64,000 nt of DNA. It comes from an uncultured virus (IMG/VR IMGVR_UViG_3300046359_000084) (Duplodnaviria; Heunggongvirae; Uroviricota; Caudoviricetes; Schitoviridae). The notes under the pieces are model-generated. The model was not told where the DNA came from and did not search any database. It was given only the letters and a program-made list of their open reading frames with translations. Positions 61,988 to 64,000 of this stretch are shown here, one piece after another (the first letter of the stretch is position 1; every line of letters begins with the position of its first letter). The DNA is taken from IMG/VR virus record IMGVR_UViG_3300046359_000084; one strand, 5' to 3'. A program made the translations under genes and the position numbers.

Positions 61988-62001
61988 AAATAGGAAAAAT
62001 T

Positions 62002-62991
62002 ATGATTGATGAAGAAATTGAAAAAAAAGATATATTTGATAATAGTGAACTAGAAACTATTGAACCAGATATAACAACAGAAAAAACTACAGAAACAATA
62101 CTTGATACAGTTGTTGAACCAGAAACAGAAACTACTGATGATATTTCTACAGAAGAAGTAACTGAACCAGAGATTGATGAGTTTGATTACAAAACAGCTT
62201 ATAAAAATTTATTAAAATTTAAAGCTGATGGACAAGATATTGAATTAAATGATGTTAATGAATTAGTTTCGCTGGCTCAAAAAGGTGTTAATTATACTCG
62301 TAAAACTAAAGAGATTTCTCAATATAATAAGTATATTAAAACTTTAAAAGATAATGAATTACTAGATGATGATAAGATTAACTTTTTAATAGATTTACAT
62401 AAAGGCGATAAACAAGCTATCACTAAACATTTAAAAGAATTAAATGTAAATCCTGTAGAATTAGACACTGATTCTGAAACTACATATAAAAGCAAAAGTT
62501 ATGTACCTGATGATGTTACAATACAAAAACAATCTTATGTAGAGAACTTGTATAGTGATCCAGATGGTAAAGCTGTTATTGATGATATAAATAATTGGGA
62601 CGATATTAGTATTAATTCTATTGCAGAGAATGTTGCTCAATTAGCGGATTTAACACAACATAAGAAATTAGGGTATTACGATATAATTATTAAAGAAATC
62701 CACAGACAGGAACTTTTAGGTAATTTGAGTAATATTCCATACCTAGATGCTTATGCGTCTATTGGTAAACAACTTGTAGAACAAGGTAAATTAGGTAATG
62801 TAACTCCTAATCCTCAACCTCAAAAAGTTGTAGATGTAAAGAAAGCCGTAACTGATATAAAACTAAATCAAACAAACATTCAGAAATTATCTCCTTTATC
62901 TGGTAAGACAACCAGTAAACAAGAGTTAGATCCTGGTTCAATGAATGATGAAGAATTTGTCAAATACATGAAAACTAAATATAAATTTTAA
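62002..62991 (+). CDS. N4 gp57-like scaffold-type protein
   Basis: Acidic N-terminus, FKADGQDI, LAQKGVNYTRK, SMNDEEF tail; directly before the major capsid gene. Confidence 0.8.
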   Translation: MIDEEIEKKDIFDNSELETIEPDITTEKTTETILDTVVEPETETTDDISTEEVTEPEIDEFDYKTAYKNLLKFKADGQDIELNDVNELVSLAQKGVNYTRKTKEISQYNKYIKTLKDNELLDDDKINFLIDLHKGDKQAITKHLKELNVNPVELDTDSETTYKSKSYVPDDVTIQKQSYVENLYSDPDGKAVIDDINNWDDISINSIAENVAQLADLTQHKKLGYYDIIIKEIHRQELLGNLSNIPYLDAYASIGKQLVEQGKLGNVTPNPQPQKVVDVKKAVTDIKLNQTNIQKLSPLSGKTTSKQELDPGSMNDEEFVKYMKTKYKF

Positions 62992-63015
62992 ACATTTTAA
63001 ATAAGGATACCTTTT

Positions 63016-64000
63016 ATGGTAATGTCGTATAATGCACCTCCAGGATCAGCTTCTGATATTGGTAGTCAACTAACTACTTATGAGATTGCTCGCCAAGCAA
63101 TCTATGATAATAAACATATTATGGTTTTTTCACAGTTGTCAACAACTATGGAAATGCCTAAGAATAAAGGTAAAACAATTAAAGTACGTCAATATTATCC
63201 ATTACTTGACTCTCGTAACGTCAATGATGAAGGTATTAATGCCGCAGGTACTACTATTGCTAACGGTAACTTGATTGGTTCATCAAAAGATATTGGTGTT
63301 ATTCCTTCTTTAATGCCTGTTCTTGATGAAGCTGGTGGACGTAAAAACCGAGTTGGTTTTACTCGTGCTGATGTTCAAGGTACAATTAGCCAATATGGTT
63401 TCTTTTTTGAATATACCAATGAGTCGCTACAATTTGATTCTGATCCAGAATTGTTAATGCACATTACTCGTGAAGCAACAAATGCTGCTATGGAATTAGA
63501 AGAGCATTTGATTCAATTAGATTTGATTGATGGTGCTGGTGTTGAATCTTACTGTGGTGGTGCAACATCTGTTGTTACTATGAGTGGTAACTTAGGACAA
63601 TCAGCAGATATTGTATCGGTAGCTAAACTTCTTGAAGTTAATAAAATTCTTGATAAAAACCGTTTGTCAAAGAATACAACTATTATTACTGGTACTCGTT
63701 TAGTAGATACTAAAACTGTTCAAGCTGCTCGTTATGCGTATATTGGACATGATTTAGAAAATACAATTCGTGGATTAGTTGATAGACACAATAGACCTGC
63801 ATTTATTGGTGTAGAACAGTATGCTTCTGGTTCAACTGTAGCGAATGGTGAAATTGGTGCAGTAGGTCCATTTAGATTTATTGTTGTTCATCAAATGCTT
63901 GCTTATCCAAATAGAGGTGCTTTAGTTGGTACTTCTGGAACAGCCAATGCTGGATACAAAGCTAGCGGTACACGTTATGATGTTTTCCCAATTCTTATTG
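63016..64000 (+). CDS. Major capsid protein (N4 gp56-like), 3' truncated by window
   Basis: Hand translation MVMSYNAPPG...MPKNKGKTIKVRQYYPLLDSRNVNDEGINAAG...GNLIGSSKDIG...GGRKNRVGF; AAGGA RBS; absent from the ORF track because it has no stop in the window. Confidence 0.93.
   Translation, partial: MVMSYNAPPGSASDIGSQLTTYEIARQAIYDNKHIMVFSQLSTTMEMPKNKGKTIKVRQYYPLLDSRNVNDEGINAAGTTIANGNLIGSSKDIGVIPSLMPVLDEAGGRKNRVGFTRADVQGTISQYGFFFEYTNESLQFDSDPELLMHITREATNAAMELEEHLIQLDLIDGAGVESYCGGATSVVTMSGNLGQSADIVSVAKLLEVNKILDKNRLSKNTTIITGTRLVDTKTVQAARYAYIGHDLENTIRGLVDRHNRPAFIGVEQYASGSTVANGEIGAVGPFRFIVVHQMLAYPNRGALVGTSGTANAGYKASGTRYDVFPILI

Noticed and set aside
63080..63274. 64-aa plus-strand ORF
   Set aside because: Out-of-frame overlap with the major capsid gene starting at 63016

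Overview
This window holds most of the genome of an AT-rich (roughly 26-28% GC by eye) N4-like podovirus (Schitoviridae), opened inside the virion gene block. On the + strand, 1-14664 carries N4 gp53/gp52/gp51-like ejection proteins and a 3407-aa virion RNA polymerase. On the - strand, 46.3 kb down to 14.7 kb carries early and middle genes: gp1- and gp2-like proteins, two-subunit RNAP II, MoxR ATPase plus vWA protein, RuvC, ThyX, dCTP deaminase, helicase, family A DNA polymerase, exonuclease, primase, ATPase and SSB. On the + strand, 47.8-64 kb carries the terminase subunits, adaptor, multi-domain receptor-binding proteins, endolysin, holin, portal, scaffold-like protein and the start of the major capsid protein. 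The physical genome ends probably lie near 46.4 kb. Most notable observations: (1) a heptamer TGG(A/T)TCA strongly over-represented on both strands and in all reading frames; (2) two vRNAP-type hairpin promoters with a G-CTTG-C loop instead of the N4 GNA loop; (3) a GcrA-like regulator with an altered recognition helix, which suggests an alphaproteobacterial host; (4) a lipoprotein gene frameshifted by a 7-bp tandem repeat in its signal peptide; (5) a (TA)14 tract with phased repeats beside an HTH gene; (6) three related XRE-like domains downstream of a hairpin built from the enriched heptamer. All calls come from reading motifs and synteny; no database searches were run.
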